From Thermodesulfobacteriota bacterium (lineage in GTDB: Bacteria; Desulfobacterota_D; UBA1144; Nemesobacterales; N074bin48): a DNA stretch of 43,839 nucleotides. This document shows positions 19,332 to 29,030 of the stretch, in pieces. The notes under the pieces are model-generated. The model was not told the DNA's origin and searched no databases. It saw only the letters and a program-made list of their open reading frames with translations. The position numbers were made by a program, and so were the translations under genes. Location of the stretch: NCBI GenBank assembly GCA_041572575.1, contig JBFFSH010000016.1, forward strand, positions 1 to 43,839, given 5' to 3'. How positions within the stretch are numbered: position 1 is the stretch's first letter; each line of letters begins with the position of its first letter.

Positions 19332-21032
19332 ATGGAAGAATCAAGTTTTAGTGAACTATTAAATGAATCATTGGATATCCCCAGTGCCGGCAAGAAAGTT
19401 ACAGGAACGGTGATAAGAGTAGAAAGTGATGAAGTCTTTATTGATTTTGGGTTTAAGTCTGAAGGAGTAGTACCCAGAGAAGAATTTGATGTTAAAAATG
19501 GTGATTCCGAAGTACAAATTGGTGATCAGGTCGTTGTTATTCTCGAAAATTTTAATTCGCAGAGTGGACTTCCCAAACTATCAAAGAAAAAAGCTGAAAT
19601 CCAGGATGAATTTCAGAGAATAAACGATATTAATGCTGGAAATGAAAAAGTAACTGCAAAAATCCTTCAGGATGTTAAAGGCGGTTTCATTGTAGATATT
19701 GGACAAAAAACCGAGATTCGCGCATTCCTCCCCGGTTCACAGGTTGATATCCGACCAGTCAGAGACTATAAGAAACTAATAGGTCAGGAGATTGAAGCAA
19801 GAATCATCAATATGACAGATAAGGGAATTGTTGTTTCCCGCAGAGTGCTTTTGGAAGAGCTGAGAGAAAACAGAATAAATGAGCTTATGTCTACTCTAAA
19901 TGTTGGTGACACCATTACTGGAAAAATCAGCAACACTATCAACTCCGGAGCATTTGTTGACCTTGGTGGAATAGAAGGATTTATACCATTTAGTGAGATT
20001 ACATGGGGAAGAATTAAAAACCCAAATGAAGTATTGAGTATTGGGAAGGAAGTTTCCACAAAGGTTATAAATATTGCAGATGGTCCAAAGATCACACTGA
20101 GCCTAAAGCAGACCAATTTAGATCCATGGGAAAATGTGGCTCAGAAATACAAGTCCGGCAACAATGTTAAAGGAAAAGTGGTTTCAGTAAAGGATTTTGG
20201 AGTATTTGTTGAGCTTGAGCCCGGAATCGAAGGGCTTATTCATAGTTCAGAGATTACATGGACAAAGAAGTTCAGACATCCTAAGGAAATAGTTGACGAA
20301 GGTAGTGTTGTAGAAGCAGTTGTGCTCGATGTAGATACAGAGAAGAAAAGGATAAGCCTTAGCTTAAGACAGATAGAGCCAAGCCCCTGGGAAATATTTA
20401 AAGATAGCAACCCGCCCGGCAAGAAAGTAAAAGGTACAATTAGAAACATAACTGCTAATGGGCTTTTTGTTGAAGTAGCCGAAGGCCTGGTTGGACTTGT
20501 TAGGCCCGATCAGATTTCATGGCAGGGAAAAGAGGATCCAAATCAAAATTATAAAACCGGGCAGGAAATTGAAGTATCCGTTATAAATATAGATGTAAAT
20601 AATCAAAGGGTTGCTCTTGGTATAAAACAGCTTACGACTGATCCTTGGATAGAGGCAAACAACAGCTATAAGGCAAGGGAAAGTGTTGTTACCGCAAAAG
20701 TAACAGGAGTCAACGATTATGGAATATCCGTTGAACTCGAAAATAATATTGATGGTTTTATTAGAATGGCTGAATATGCACAAACAGGTTCGAGAGATTT
20801 AGTAAAACAGGTTAAGGTTGGTGATGAGATCACATGCCTTGTAATGGGATTTGATAAGAGAAAGAGGCAGGTTAACCTGAGCAAAAAAGCATACGAATCC
20901 TTTCAGGAAAAGCAGCAGGTCAATAATTTCATATCATCTCAAGGCGATTCTAATGTAACACTTGGAGATCTGTTTGGTAAAGAGTTTAAGGCACCCGAAT
21001 CAGAACAAAACTCTGAACAGGGAACCGATTAG
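19332..21032 (+). CDS. rpsA: 30S ribosomal protein S1
   Basis: Six S1 domains (AFLPGSQVD, FGVFVELEPGIEGLIHSSE); follows cmk. Confidence 0.96.
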   Translation: MEESSFSELLNESLDIPSAGKKVTGTVIRVESDEVFIDFGFKSEGVVPREEFDVKNGDSEVQIGDQVVVILENFNSQSGLPKLSKKKAEIQDEFQRINDINAGNEKVTAKILQDVKGGFIVDIGQKTEIRAFLPGSQVDIRPVRDYKKLIGQEIEARIINMTDKGIVVSRRVLLEELRENRINELMSTLNVGDTITGKISNTINSGAFVDLGGIEGFIPFSEITWGRIKNPNEVLSIGKEVSTKVINIADGPKITLSLKQTNLDPWENVAQKYKSGNNVKGKVVSVKDFGVFVELEPGIEGLIHSSEITWTKKFRHPKEIVDEGSVVEAVVLDVDTEKKRISLSLRQIEPSPWEIFKDSNPPGKKVKGTIRNITANGLFVEVAEGLVGLVRPDQISWQGKEDPNQNYKTGQEIEVSVINIDVNNQRVALGIKQLTTDPWIEANNSYKARESVVTAKVTGVNDYGISVELENNIDGFIRMAEYAQTGSRDLVKQVKVGDEITCLVMGFDKRKRQVNLSKKAYESFQEKQQVNNFISSQGDSNVTLGDLFGKEFKAPESEQNSEQGTD

Positions 21033-21046
21033 CAAACTACACATAA

Positions 21047-21922
21047 ATGAAAAAAATACTTTATCTGTTTTTTATCTTTTTTCTGTTGGCTGTCGCGTTT
21101 ATGATGGGCTTGGGTGCGGGTTTCATTTTTGATGATGATGATGGCTTTAAGGCTGGAGACAAAGTTGCGCTTCTAAGTGTTGAAGACGTAATCCTGGATT
21201 CAAAGGTTTACCTGGAAAGCATAACGAGTATAAAAAAAGATAAGGATATTAAAGCTCTTGTTCTGAGAATCAATTCTCCAGGTGGTGCGGTTGGTCCTTC
21301 ACAGGAAATTTACAGTGAAATACTAAAGCTAAGAGAAAAAATCCCTGTAATTGCAAGTCTTGGGGCAGTAGCAGCATCAGGGGGTTATTATATTGCATGT
21401 GGTGCAGATAAAATATTAACAAATCCAGGAACAGTAACCGGGAGCATCGGCGTTATAGCCCAGTTTGTAAACTATAAAGAACTCCTTGAGTGGGCTAAGG
21501 TTGATGTTGAGGTGTTAAAGAGTGGAAAGTTCAAAGACTCCGGGTCTCCCCTTAAAGACTTAACCCCAGAAGAAAGGGCATATCTACAATCAACTATTGA
21601 TGATGTTCACAATCAATTCAAAAAAGCTGTAGGAGACACGCGCAAATTAAAACCAGAAGAGGTAAATGCTATTGCTGATGGGAGAATCTTTACAGGTCAG
21701 CAGGCTGTCGATCTTAAGCTTGTAGATGAGATTGGAACAATGAATGATGCCATCGATGCCGCAGCCAAGCTAGGTGGTATAGAAGGTGAACCTAATGTAA
21801 CCCACTACCCTAAAAAGAAAACGAGACTTGTTGATGTACTGTCAAATATTGAATCAAACGTTATTCCGAAAATCCCTTTTAACAGCCGCTTTGGCTTATT
21901 CTATTTAGTAAATACAATTTAA
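21047..21922 (+). CDS. sppA: Signal peptide peptidase SppA (36K type)
   Basis: RINSPGG, AASGGYY, TGSIGV, KSGKFKD, ADGRIFTG. Confidence 0.95.
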   Translation: MKKILYLFFIFFLLAVAFMMGLGAGFIFDDDDGFKAGDKVALLSVEDVILDSKVYLESITSIKKDKDIKALVLRINSPGGAVGPSQEIYSEILKLREKIPVIASLGAVAASGGYYIACGADKILTNPGTVTGSIGVIAQFVNYKELLEWAKVDVEVLKSGKFKDSGSPLKDLTPEERAYLQSTIDDVHNQFKKAVGDTRKLKPEEVNAIADGRIFTGQQAVDLKLVDEIGTMNDAIDAAAKLGGIEGEPNVTHYPKKKTRLVDVLSNIESNVIPKIPFNSRFGLFYLVNTI

Positions 21923-21942
21923 GTTTAGACTAAATTAAAACT

Positions 21943-22422
21943 ATGAAAGTACTCTGGGCTCCCTGGAGAATTGAATATATTACCAAGGAAAAACAGTCTG
22001 GCTGCGTGTTCTGTGATACACCCGCAGAACAAAATGATAAGAATAATCTTATACTCTACCGTGGAAATACATGTTTTATTATTTTAAACCGCTATCCTTA
22101 TACAAATGGACACCTGATGGCAGTTCCATATAAGCACACAAACGAGCTTAACGACTTAAGCTCTGAGGAAAGAGCAGAACTTTTGGATTTAACGATTAAA
22201 TGTAAAAATATTCTTGGTATAATGAATCCAAACGGATTTAACATTGGTATGAATTTAGGTAAAGTAGCAGGAGCGGGTATTGATGACCATCTTCACTTTC
22301 ATGTTGTGCCAAGGTGGGACGGTGATACAAACTTTATGCCGGTATTAGGAAGCGTAAAGATAATGCCCGAATATTTGGATCAAACATATGATAAACTTAA
22401 AGAACAATTAGAATCTAACTAA
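21943..22422 (+). CDS. HIT family nucleotide hydrolase
   Basis: LWAPWR, CVFC, NRYPYTNGH, HLHFHVVPRW histidine triad. Confidence 0.93.
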   Translation: MKVLWAPWRIEYITKEKQSGCVFCDTPAEQNDKNNLILYRGNTCFIILNRYPYTNGHLMAVPYKHTNELNDLSSEERAELLDLTIKCKNILGIMNPNGFNIGMNLGKVAGAGIDDHLHFHVVPRWDGDTNFMPVLGSVKIMPEYLDQTYDKLKEQLESN

Positions 22423-22433
22423 AGGAGAATGAT

Positions 22434-22811
22434 ATGAGATCTATAAAAATTCTTATTCAAGCCTTAATATTTGTAGCATTAATAGTAGTTATTATACAAA
22501 ACATAGATGTTTTCACCTACGAGTTCGAGTTGGGTCTTGATTTAGAAGTTTGGAGTTCTGGAACTTTTATTATTAAAAACATTGTTTTAATTGCATCATC
22601 TTTTCTTTTAGGAGTCATACTCACAATTTTTTGGGGAGCATTCAGCAGTGCATCAAAGAGCTCAACAATTAAGCAACAAAAGAAAAAGATAAAAGAACTG
22701 GAAAGCTCAAAGCCAGAAACTGCATCGACTTATTCAGCTGAAGAAACAGTATCATCTGAAGCACATGAAGTACCATCTGCATCTAATGACCCTTTTAAGA
22801 GCCCAAGTTAA
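22434..22811 (+). CDS. LapA-like (DUF1049) membrane protein
   Basis: TM-QN-loop-TM-coiled coil architecture; position downstream of rpsA-sppA. Confidence 0.65.
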   Translation: MRSIKILIQALIFVALIVVIIQNIDVFTYEFELGLDLEVWSSGTFIIKNIVLIASSFLLGVILTIFWGAFSSASKSSTIKQQKKKIKELESSKPETASTYSAEETVSSEAHEVPSASNDPFKSPS

Positions 22812-22834
22812 TCCCGCATAAATCTAAATTATAT

Positions 22835-23773
22835 ATGGATAGTTCCCTTCAATCAGAGAAAGTAAGAAAACCATCCTGGATAAAAGCAAAGATCCCGGGT
22901 GGGGATAACTATAAAAAACTGAAATCTCTTATGAAAGAAAACAACCTCCACACTGTGTGTGAGGAGGCGAAGTGTCCCAATATAGGAGAGTGCTGGGCAG
23001 CCGGGACACTGACATTCATGATTCTTGGAGATACATGTACACGCAGTTGTGGCTTTTGTCATGTAAAGACAGGCAAAGGCCCCGAGCTTGACTGGGAAGA
23101 ACCAAAAAGAGTCGCACAGACAGTCGAAAAGTTAATTTCTAATAATGCAAACATAACCCATGTGGTGATAACCTCTGTAAACCGCGATGATAAAAATCTG
23201 GAGAGTGCACAGATTTTTGGTGAAACCATTTCTAGAGTAAAGCAACATAATCCTAATGTTAAAATAGAAGTTTTAATACCCGATTTTAAAGGTGAGTCTG
23301 AAGCATTAGAACAAGTACTAATTGCAAAACCCCATGTGCTAAACCACAATATTGAAACAGTTCCAAGACTCTACAACCATCCTCAGAAAACTTCATCTGG
23401 AAGAACGAGGTCAGTGCGCCCTCAGGCAAGATATGAGTGGTCACTTGAGCTGCTTAAGAGAAGCAAGCAGTATGGCAATGACGGAATGCTTACAAAATCA
23501 GGCATCATGGTTGGTCTTAGTGAAGAGATGGATGAGATAATAGATACTCTCAAAGATTTAAAAGAAGTAGGTTGTGATATAGTTACAATCGGCCAGTACT
23601 TACAACCTACAATAGACCATCTTCCCGTCACAAAATTTTACCACCCATCAGAATTCGAGTCTCTAAAACAGTACGGCGAATCAGTTATCGGAATCCCTCA
23701 CATCGAATCCGGCCCTCTAGTGAGAAGCTCCTACCATGCAGAAAAACAGGTTATAAAACTAAACCAGATTTAG
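22835..23773 (+). CDS. lipA: Lipoyl synthase
   Basis: CEEAKCPNIGEC, CTRSCGFC and VRSSYHA motifs. Confidence 0.97.
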   Translation: MDSSLQSEKVRKPSWIKAKIPGGDNYKKLKSLMKENNLHTVCEEAKCPNIGECWAAGTLTFMILGDTCTRSCGFCHVKTGKGPELDWEEPKRVAQTVEKLISNNANITHVVITSVNRDDKNLESAQIFGETISRVKQHNPNVKIEVLIPDFKGESEALEQVLIAKPHVLNHNIETVPRLYNHPQKTSSGRTRSVRPQARYEWSLELLKRSKQYGNDGMLTKSGIMVGLSEEMDEIIDTLKDLKEVGCDIVTIGQYLQPTIDHLPVTKFYHPSEFESLKQYGESVIGIPHIESGPLVRSSYHAEKQVIKLNQI

Positions 23774-23852
23774 GATATCTAATTCCTAAATTTCTTTTAA
23801 CCTCTATTATATTCGTGTTATATTCAATTGATACATCACATTGTGATAAGGA

Positions 23853-24446
23853 ATGATTCTGATGAAAAGCTTACTTACTTCACTACTAATTTTATTCGTC
23901 ACAGTTGTATGTATAAACAGTGCAGAATCTAAAGAACTAAAATATAAAAACACAACTTTTACAACCACAGTCGGCAATGTAAGACTCCAGGCAGAACTTG
24001 CAGACCAGGGAAAAGAAAATAGTGATAAGGTATCTGTAACTGTTCCTGCCGTAATTTTTGATAAACCGATTGTTATTGAAGACGTAAGAAAAGTTACAAA
24101 GAGCCAAGGTAAGGAAATTGATTTTCTAGTTGCCTACCATAAGGCTAATATTGAAGGAGACAAGGAAAAAATATTATCCTTTTGGCACCCTGCAGAAAAA
24201 GAAGAAGTCAGCAAAGATGTAAATGACCCTGAACTACTTAAGCATACGAAAGAATATATGACCAAGAATCCTGGCATGACCATTCATGGAATCATAAAGC
24301 AAAAGAGCAGCATATCAGTGATTACAGGAACGGATTTTGTTTTTGGTATCAGCATAAGACCAAAAGACGGAAAGCTGTTTTTAACAAATAAGCCGGACAA
24401 TGACCTGGAGCTTGCTATTATTGAAGGATCGTTTATGAAGTTTTAG
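23853..24446 (+). CDS. Hypothetical exported protein
   Basis: Signal peptide; 197 aa ORF. Confidence 0.7.
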   Translation: MILMKSLLTSLLILFVTVVCINSAESKELKYKNTTFTTTVGNVRLQAELADQGKENSDKVSVTVPAVIFDKPIVIEDVRKVTKSQGKEIDFLVAYHKANIEGDKEKILSFWHPAEKEEVSKDVNDPELLKHTKEYMTKNPGMTIHGIIKQKSSISVITGTDFVFGISIRPKDGKLFLTNKPDNDLELAIIEGSFMKF

Positions 24447-24626
24447 CATTCAGTAAATTTCCAAAAATTCAAATCATCCTAATTTCCTACAATTCAGAAT
24501 AGCCATCTCTATTCACTACTGCCAGTCTGGTACACCTTCGAAAATCGATATATTATCATATCAATTAATTTGATCTTGTGATAATTACTAATCGTTAAGT
24601 CATACACACAGCTTAATATATAGACC

Positions 24627-25349
24627 ATGCCAAAACTAGATGAATTAGTTAGAAAAATTAATTTCAGATATGTGGGATTTGTTTTTTTTCTTACAATAAG
24701 CCTGTTATCAGGAAAACGTTTATTTAGTGAGATTTATACGGGGGGTAAAAGAGCGCTTACATATGAACCTGTGGAAATGACTATTCACAGATCAGGCGTT
24801 GTTAGAAAGAGGCATAAAGGGATTGAGTATCTTGGAGGCGGTTATGATGAAGTGTTTTATCCAAAGATTACATATTCATATAGTGTAAATGGAGTTCTGT
24901 ACTGGGGTGGTAGTGATATTTACTATGACACTTTTTCTCACAGGGAGGGATTTAGCCATGGTAAGGCATGGGATATTGCAAGAAAATATAAACCTGAGTC
25001 CGTTGTGAGCGGATATTATAATCCCAAAGATCCTGAAGAATCATTTCTTGAAGTAAGATCATCATCATTCATGGGAATGGCTATATTATTTTTTACATTC
25101 CCTCTAACTATTGCGATCATTATTATAAGAAACGAGCCTGATTCTGATGAAGTACACAAAAAGGAACTGTTTATGTACAGCATACCCCCGCTTGCTCTAT
25201 TTTTTATTTACCAGGTTTACCATCTTTCACTAGGTGGAGAGATGGACGGCATATACTGGTTAACGTGGTTATTTATGCTACTGCCCGCATATATATTATA
25301 CTGCGCCCTTAAGCCATCTGATGATAATGTGGAACAGCTTGGATCATGA
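24627..25349 (+). CDS. DUF3592-like membrane protein
   Basis: TM, YPKITYSYSVNG...YYNPKDPEESFL, then further TMs. Confidence 0.7.
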   Translation: MPKLDELVRKINFRYVGFVFFLTISLLSGKRLFSEIYTGGKRALTYEPVEMTIHRSGVVRKRHKGIEYLGGGYDEVFYPKITYSYSVNGVLYWGGSDIYYDTFSHREGFSHGKAWDIARKYKPESVVSGYYNPKDPEESFLEVRSSSFMGMAILFFTFPLTIAIIIIRNEPDSDEVHKKELFMYSIPPLALFFIYQVYHLSLGGEMDGIYWLTWLFMLLPAYILYCALKPSDDNVEQLGS

Positions 25350-25454
25350 TTAGCTTATCTGCTTACATAACGCCCTTCATCCTTGATTTGGCTGTGAGTT
25401 ATTATATATTTTATAAATAAGTCTTATCGAATAGAGCATAATTTGAAAATCGGA

Positions 25455-26363
25455 ATGAATAACAAATACAGAGTAACCATACTAACCTGCTTCATAGTAT
25501 TTTTAAGCCTTATCATTTTTGGTTTACCGACTAACTCATTTGCAGGTGCTAAAGCATGTTCAGGTGATAACATGTGTGCTAAGGGTGAGATATGTGGCTA
25601 CGGACAATGTATTCCAGGTTGCAGAGTAAGTACAGAGTGCAGACCTGGACAGTATTGTATAAATAATGAATGTACAGATGTAATATGCAAACCTGGATCA
25701 TCACGCCAGTGTTATGAAGCTGGAGATGAAACCAAATCTGTAGGTATGTGTAATTCAGGAATACAATTCTGTCTGGAAGATGGAAAGAGTTATTCATTAT
25801 GTACAGGCCAGGTTTTACCACAAATCGAAATATGTGACATGCAGGATAATGACTGTGATGGACAAATCGATAACGGTGTTGATTGTGAGTGTAAGCCGGG
25901 ATCAAAAAGAACATGTTATAACGGACAACAAGGGACGCTTGATGTCGGTGAATGCAAGGCTGGCATACAGTACTGTGAAATGGATAACTCTTGGGGTAAG
26001 TGCCTTGAAGTAGTAAATCCAAGCAATGAAATATGTGATGGAAAAGACAATGACTGTAACGGCATAATAGACGACAACGATAAATGCGAATGTCCTCCGG
26101 CAGCAATTAGATGGTGCTACACTCATGACCCCACTACAGCAGATGTTGGCGAGTGCCGTGAGGGAAGACAGGTTTGTAAGGCAGACTACACATGGGCTTC
26201 GGTCTGTTTAGGAGAAATAGGTCCCGTAAAAGAAATTATGGCCGATGGTAAAGACAATGACTGCGACGGAAAGGTTGATAATGTATTTGCAGACCCCAAT
26301 GAAATGATTCTTGATAAACCAGTAGTTATTGAGCCCGAACCTCCGCTGGAAATTATTGAGTAG
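25455..26363 (+). CDS. Exported Cys-rich repeat protein with putative metal-binding (MopE-like) DxxDNDCDGxxD motifs
   Basis: Signal peptide; three ~67 aa repeats ending EICDMQDNDCDGQID, EICDGKDNDCNGIID and EIMADGKDNDCDGKVD. Confidence 0.85.
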   Translation: MNNKYRVTILTCFIVFLSLIIFGLPTNSFAGAKACSGDNMCAKGEICGYGQCIPGCRVSTECRPGQYCINNECTDVICKPGSSRQCYEAGDETKSVGMCNSGIQFCLEDGKSYSLCTGQVLPQIEICDMQDNDCDGQIDNGVDCECKPGSKRTCYNGQQGTLDVGECKAGIQYCEMDNSWGKCLEVVNPSNEICDGKDNDCNGIIDDNDKCECPPAAIRWCYTHDPTTADVGECREGRQVCKADYTWASVCLGEIGPVKEIMADGKDNDCDGKVDNVFADPNEMILDKPVVIEPEPPLEIIE

Positions 26364-26447
26364 TAAGGATTTTCAATTTCATAATTCTTCCTATCAACAA
26401 TTCTAACTTTGCAACATAAGTTTAATTTTATATGTTAAGCTACCTGT

Positions 26448-26729
26448 ATGAAAAAATGCCCTTTTTGTGCCGAATATATCCAGGATGATGCTATTAAGTG
26501 CCGCTTTTGCAATGAGCTAATTGACAAAACTCCCAAGCCTAAAACAAAGTGGTACCATACTAACACCGGAGTAATTTTTGCCCTGCTTGCCATAGGCCCA
26601 TTTGCCCTGCCACTTGTATGAATCAATCCCGAATATAAAACACACATCAAAATCCTTCTTACAATACTTATCCTGGGTGGGAGCTTATGGTTTTATTTTG
26701 CTACTAAGGATATTTATGAATTGTTGTGA
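26448..26729 (+). pseudogene. Zinc-ribbon membrane protein with in-frame TGA at 26619-26621 (not in the ORF track)
   Basis: MKKCPFCAEYIQDDAIKCRFCNE...KWY...IGPFALPLV-TGA-INPEYKTHIKILLTILILGGSLWFYF... Confidence 0.78.
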
Positions 26730-26790
26730 AATAAATAATTATGTCATTATTTCGTAAATAACCTGTAGGAGTTTCTGCATAACCTGGAAA

Positions 26791-27120
26791 ATGAAAAGGG
26801 TCCTGATAATTATTGGTTTATCGGCAGTTCACTTCCTAATAACTATGGGCTTTGGTATATTAAATTTTTCTGCAGGTATATCCAATTTTGATAATATAGA
26901 CAAAGCCCCCTCAGCAAGTAATGCGATTACAAACTCTATTTCTAATGTTCTGGAATTCCCTTTATTGTTACTGTTCCGGACTTTAGAGCTATCATCGTTC
27001 GGAGAGTTCTTGCCAAAGTTTATCTTCATTGCAATTGCAAATAGTATTCTTTGGGGCACTGCGATATATATAATTTATAAATATGTTATCAAGAAACCAG
27101 AAAAGACCCGGCAGACGTGA
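26791..27120 (+). CDS. Small membrane protein (NSILW motif)
   Basis: 109 aa, 3 hydrophobic segments. Confidence 0.7.
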   Translation: MKRVLIIIGLSAVHFLITMGFGILNFSAGISNFDNIDKAPSASNAITNSISNVLEFPLLLLFRTLELSSFGEFLPKFIFIAIANSILWGTAIYIIYKYVIKKPEKTRQT

Positions 27121-27280
27121 CCTGCATTTCTTGAATAGGGACGGGATGGTCGCATGCAACCCTCGTGACCACGAAGCTGCGCATAGAGCTGAGGTTGAGG
27201 GGATTGCTACTGAGAATAAAGAAGCTTTGACATGCAAGAAGTGTCTAGTTGAAATTAGAAGGGAACTTGTAACTAAATAA
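27083..27280 (+). CDS. Small His/Cys hypothetical protein
   Basis: LHFL...VAC...TCKKC; overlaps the previous gene by 38 nt; start uncertain. Confidence 0.5.
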   Translation: MLSRNQKRPGRRDLHFLNRDGMVACNPRDHEAAHRAEVEGIATENKEALTCKKCLVEIRRELVTK

Positions 27281-27394
27281 TTGAACAGTATTTCATTTTA
27301 AATACTATAATGTATGCTTACTGATATGCCCCCATTCTTATTAGTATTGGCAAAAATCATTTCAAGACAAATCAATATTAACTAGGAGCTCAAT

Positions 27395-28219
27395 TTGAGT
27401 ATATTTGCTATTATCTTCACAGCATTATCTTTTTTGTTTGGATTGATTTTTCTTATAGATTGCATCAGATATAGAAAACAAATTAATGAATTTGTGAAAT
27501 ATGGAATTTGCCTAGGGCTTATTTTAGTATCAATTGATATAGCAATATATTATTTAATATCAAACTATTTATCTGATATTCACATTGTTATATTAGTATT
27601 ATCTGAATTTCTAAGTTTAGTACAAATAACAATCTTTACATGTATGGGAATGTATATTTGTAAACAGCTAAATTTCAAGGACATTCCCTTTGTAAGAAGT
27701 TTTTTTGAAAAATCATATAACATTAATAGAAACTATATATTTCAAAAACGTTTCCTTGTTTATGTGTTTTCAGTAATTTATCTTTCTGTAGCTTATTCAA
27801 TAATTTTATTTAGTCTGACTTCACCTGAGATGTCACAAACATTAAAGCATATGTCAGAATCACAGTTAGAAGAATTACCCAACTTAAACAAACCCTCTTT
27901 TCTAGCAGCTCTTGTAGTATTAGAGTTTGCATTTGCAGAGGAGATAATATTTAGACTTGGTATTCAGAACTACATTCAAAAAATGTTAAATTTAATAGAT
28001 TCACAATATTGGATATCTATTAGCTTAACATCTCTTTTTTGGTCATTTGCTCACGCAAACGTGCTTGATCCTGAATGGGTAAAAATTGTTCAAATATTCC
28101 CGATAGGTCTGGGCCTTGGATATTTATTTAATAAATTCGGAACTGAAGCATGCATACTAGCACATGGTTTTTTCAATATAATAATGATGTTTCTAACTCC
28201 TTATTTATTTACAATTTGA
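27395..28219 (+). CDS. CPBP (CAAX/Abi) family intramembrane glutamic protease
   Basis: AEEIIFR, FWSFAH and AHGFFN motifs; multiple TMs; AGGAG SD. Confidence 0.88.
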   Translation: MSIFAIIFTALSFLFGLIFLIDCIRYRKQINEFVKYGICLGLILVSIDIAIYYLISNYLSDIHIVILVLSEFLSLVQITIFTCMGMYICKQLNFKDIPFVRSFFEKSYNINRNYIFQKRFLVYVFSVIYLSVAYSIILFSLTSPEMSQTLKHMSESQLEELPNLNKPSFLAALVVLEFAFAEEIIFRLGIQNYIQKMLNLIDSQYWISISLTSLFWSFAHANVLDPEWVKIVQIFPIGLGLGYLFNKFGTEACILAHGFFNIIMMFLTPYLFTI

Positions 28220-28274
28220 ACGTATTGTTGATTAATTTTGGAAATAATATAGAAGAATTTAAAAGATATTTCTC

Positions 28275-29030
28275 ATGAAATACATCTATAAATCACTTGA
28301 TTTTTCACAACGAAATTTGGGATTGCTTGGTATATTTATACTTATAAATATCTTTCCTGCCCCTCTGAGCTTACTTTATAATAATGGTGAAGAATCAAAT
28401 ATATCAAATATGTTCTTAATCATATTAATTATAGTATCTCTACTATTATTTATATTAAATATTTTTTTGATATCAGGAACTTATTCTTTGATCTGGAAAA
28501 AATTTAAGGATAAACACATAAGTTATTCATCATTAATATCTGAATCCAAAAAATATTTTTCTAATAATATTGGTATTGGTCTTGCGATAGGTTTCACTGG
28601 ATTTATAGTGGCATTATTTATTATTGTTATAGTTGGAGTATTTAGTAAAGACATAGATAATAGACCGGACTACACGGATTTCTCTATTATAGTACCTTTA
28701 TATTTTTATCTGCTGCTCACAATATTTTGTTATGCAATTCCTTATCTTTATGTAAAAGAAATGAATTATAAAAATGCATTTTTCAATTCTCCAAAGATAC
28801 TTATTAATCATATTAAGCAATCTTTTCCAATAATTTTACTTCTTTTTATAAATCTAGTCATATCTTTTTCGACATCATATGACCAATCTTATTATTTCTC
28901 TGATATCATCATAGAAATAATAATCTATTACATAAGTTTTAATATTTTTATAATCACATGTCAGATATTGGATGAAATAGATATCTCGGATTTTGAAAAT
29001 GGCTCAACACAAAACAGGAAAATCATTTAA
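28275..29030 (+). CDS. Hypothetical multi-pass membrane protein
   Basis: 5-6 hydrophobic segments; very AT-rich. Confidence 0.7.
   Translation: MKYIYKSLDFSQRNLGLLGIFILINIFPAPLSLLYNNGEESNISNMFLIILIIVSLLLFILNIFLISGTYSLIWKKFKDKHISYSSLISESKKYFSNNIGIGLAIGFTGFIVALFIIVIVGVFSKDIDNRPDYTDFSIIVPLYFYLLLTIFCYAIPYLYVKEMNYKNAFFNSPKILINHIKQSFPIILLLFINLVISFSTSYDQSYYFSDIIIEIIIYYISFNIFIITCQILDEIDISDFENGSTQNRKII

Noticed and set aside
23835..23847. Inverted repeat ATCACA-T-TGTGAT
   Set aside because: The half-sites are in the reverse order of a CRP site, and one short palindrome in AT-rich DNA is insufficient evidence.
26435..26650. Minus-strand 71 aa ORF in the track
   Set aside because: It is the shadow of the + strand zinc-ribbon gene at 26448-26729.
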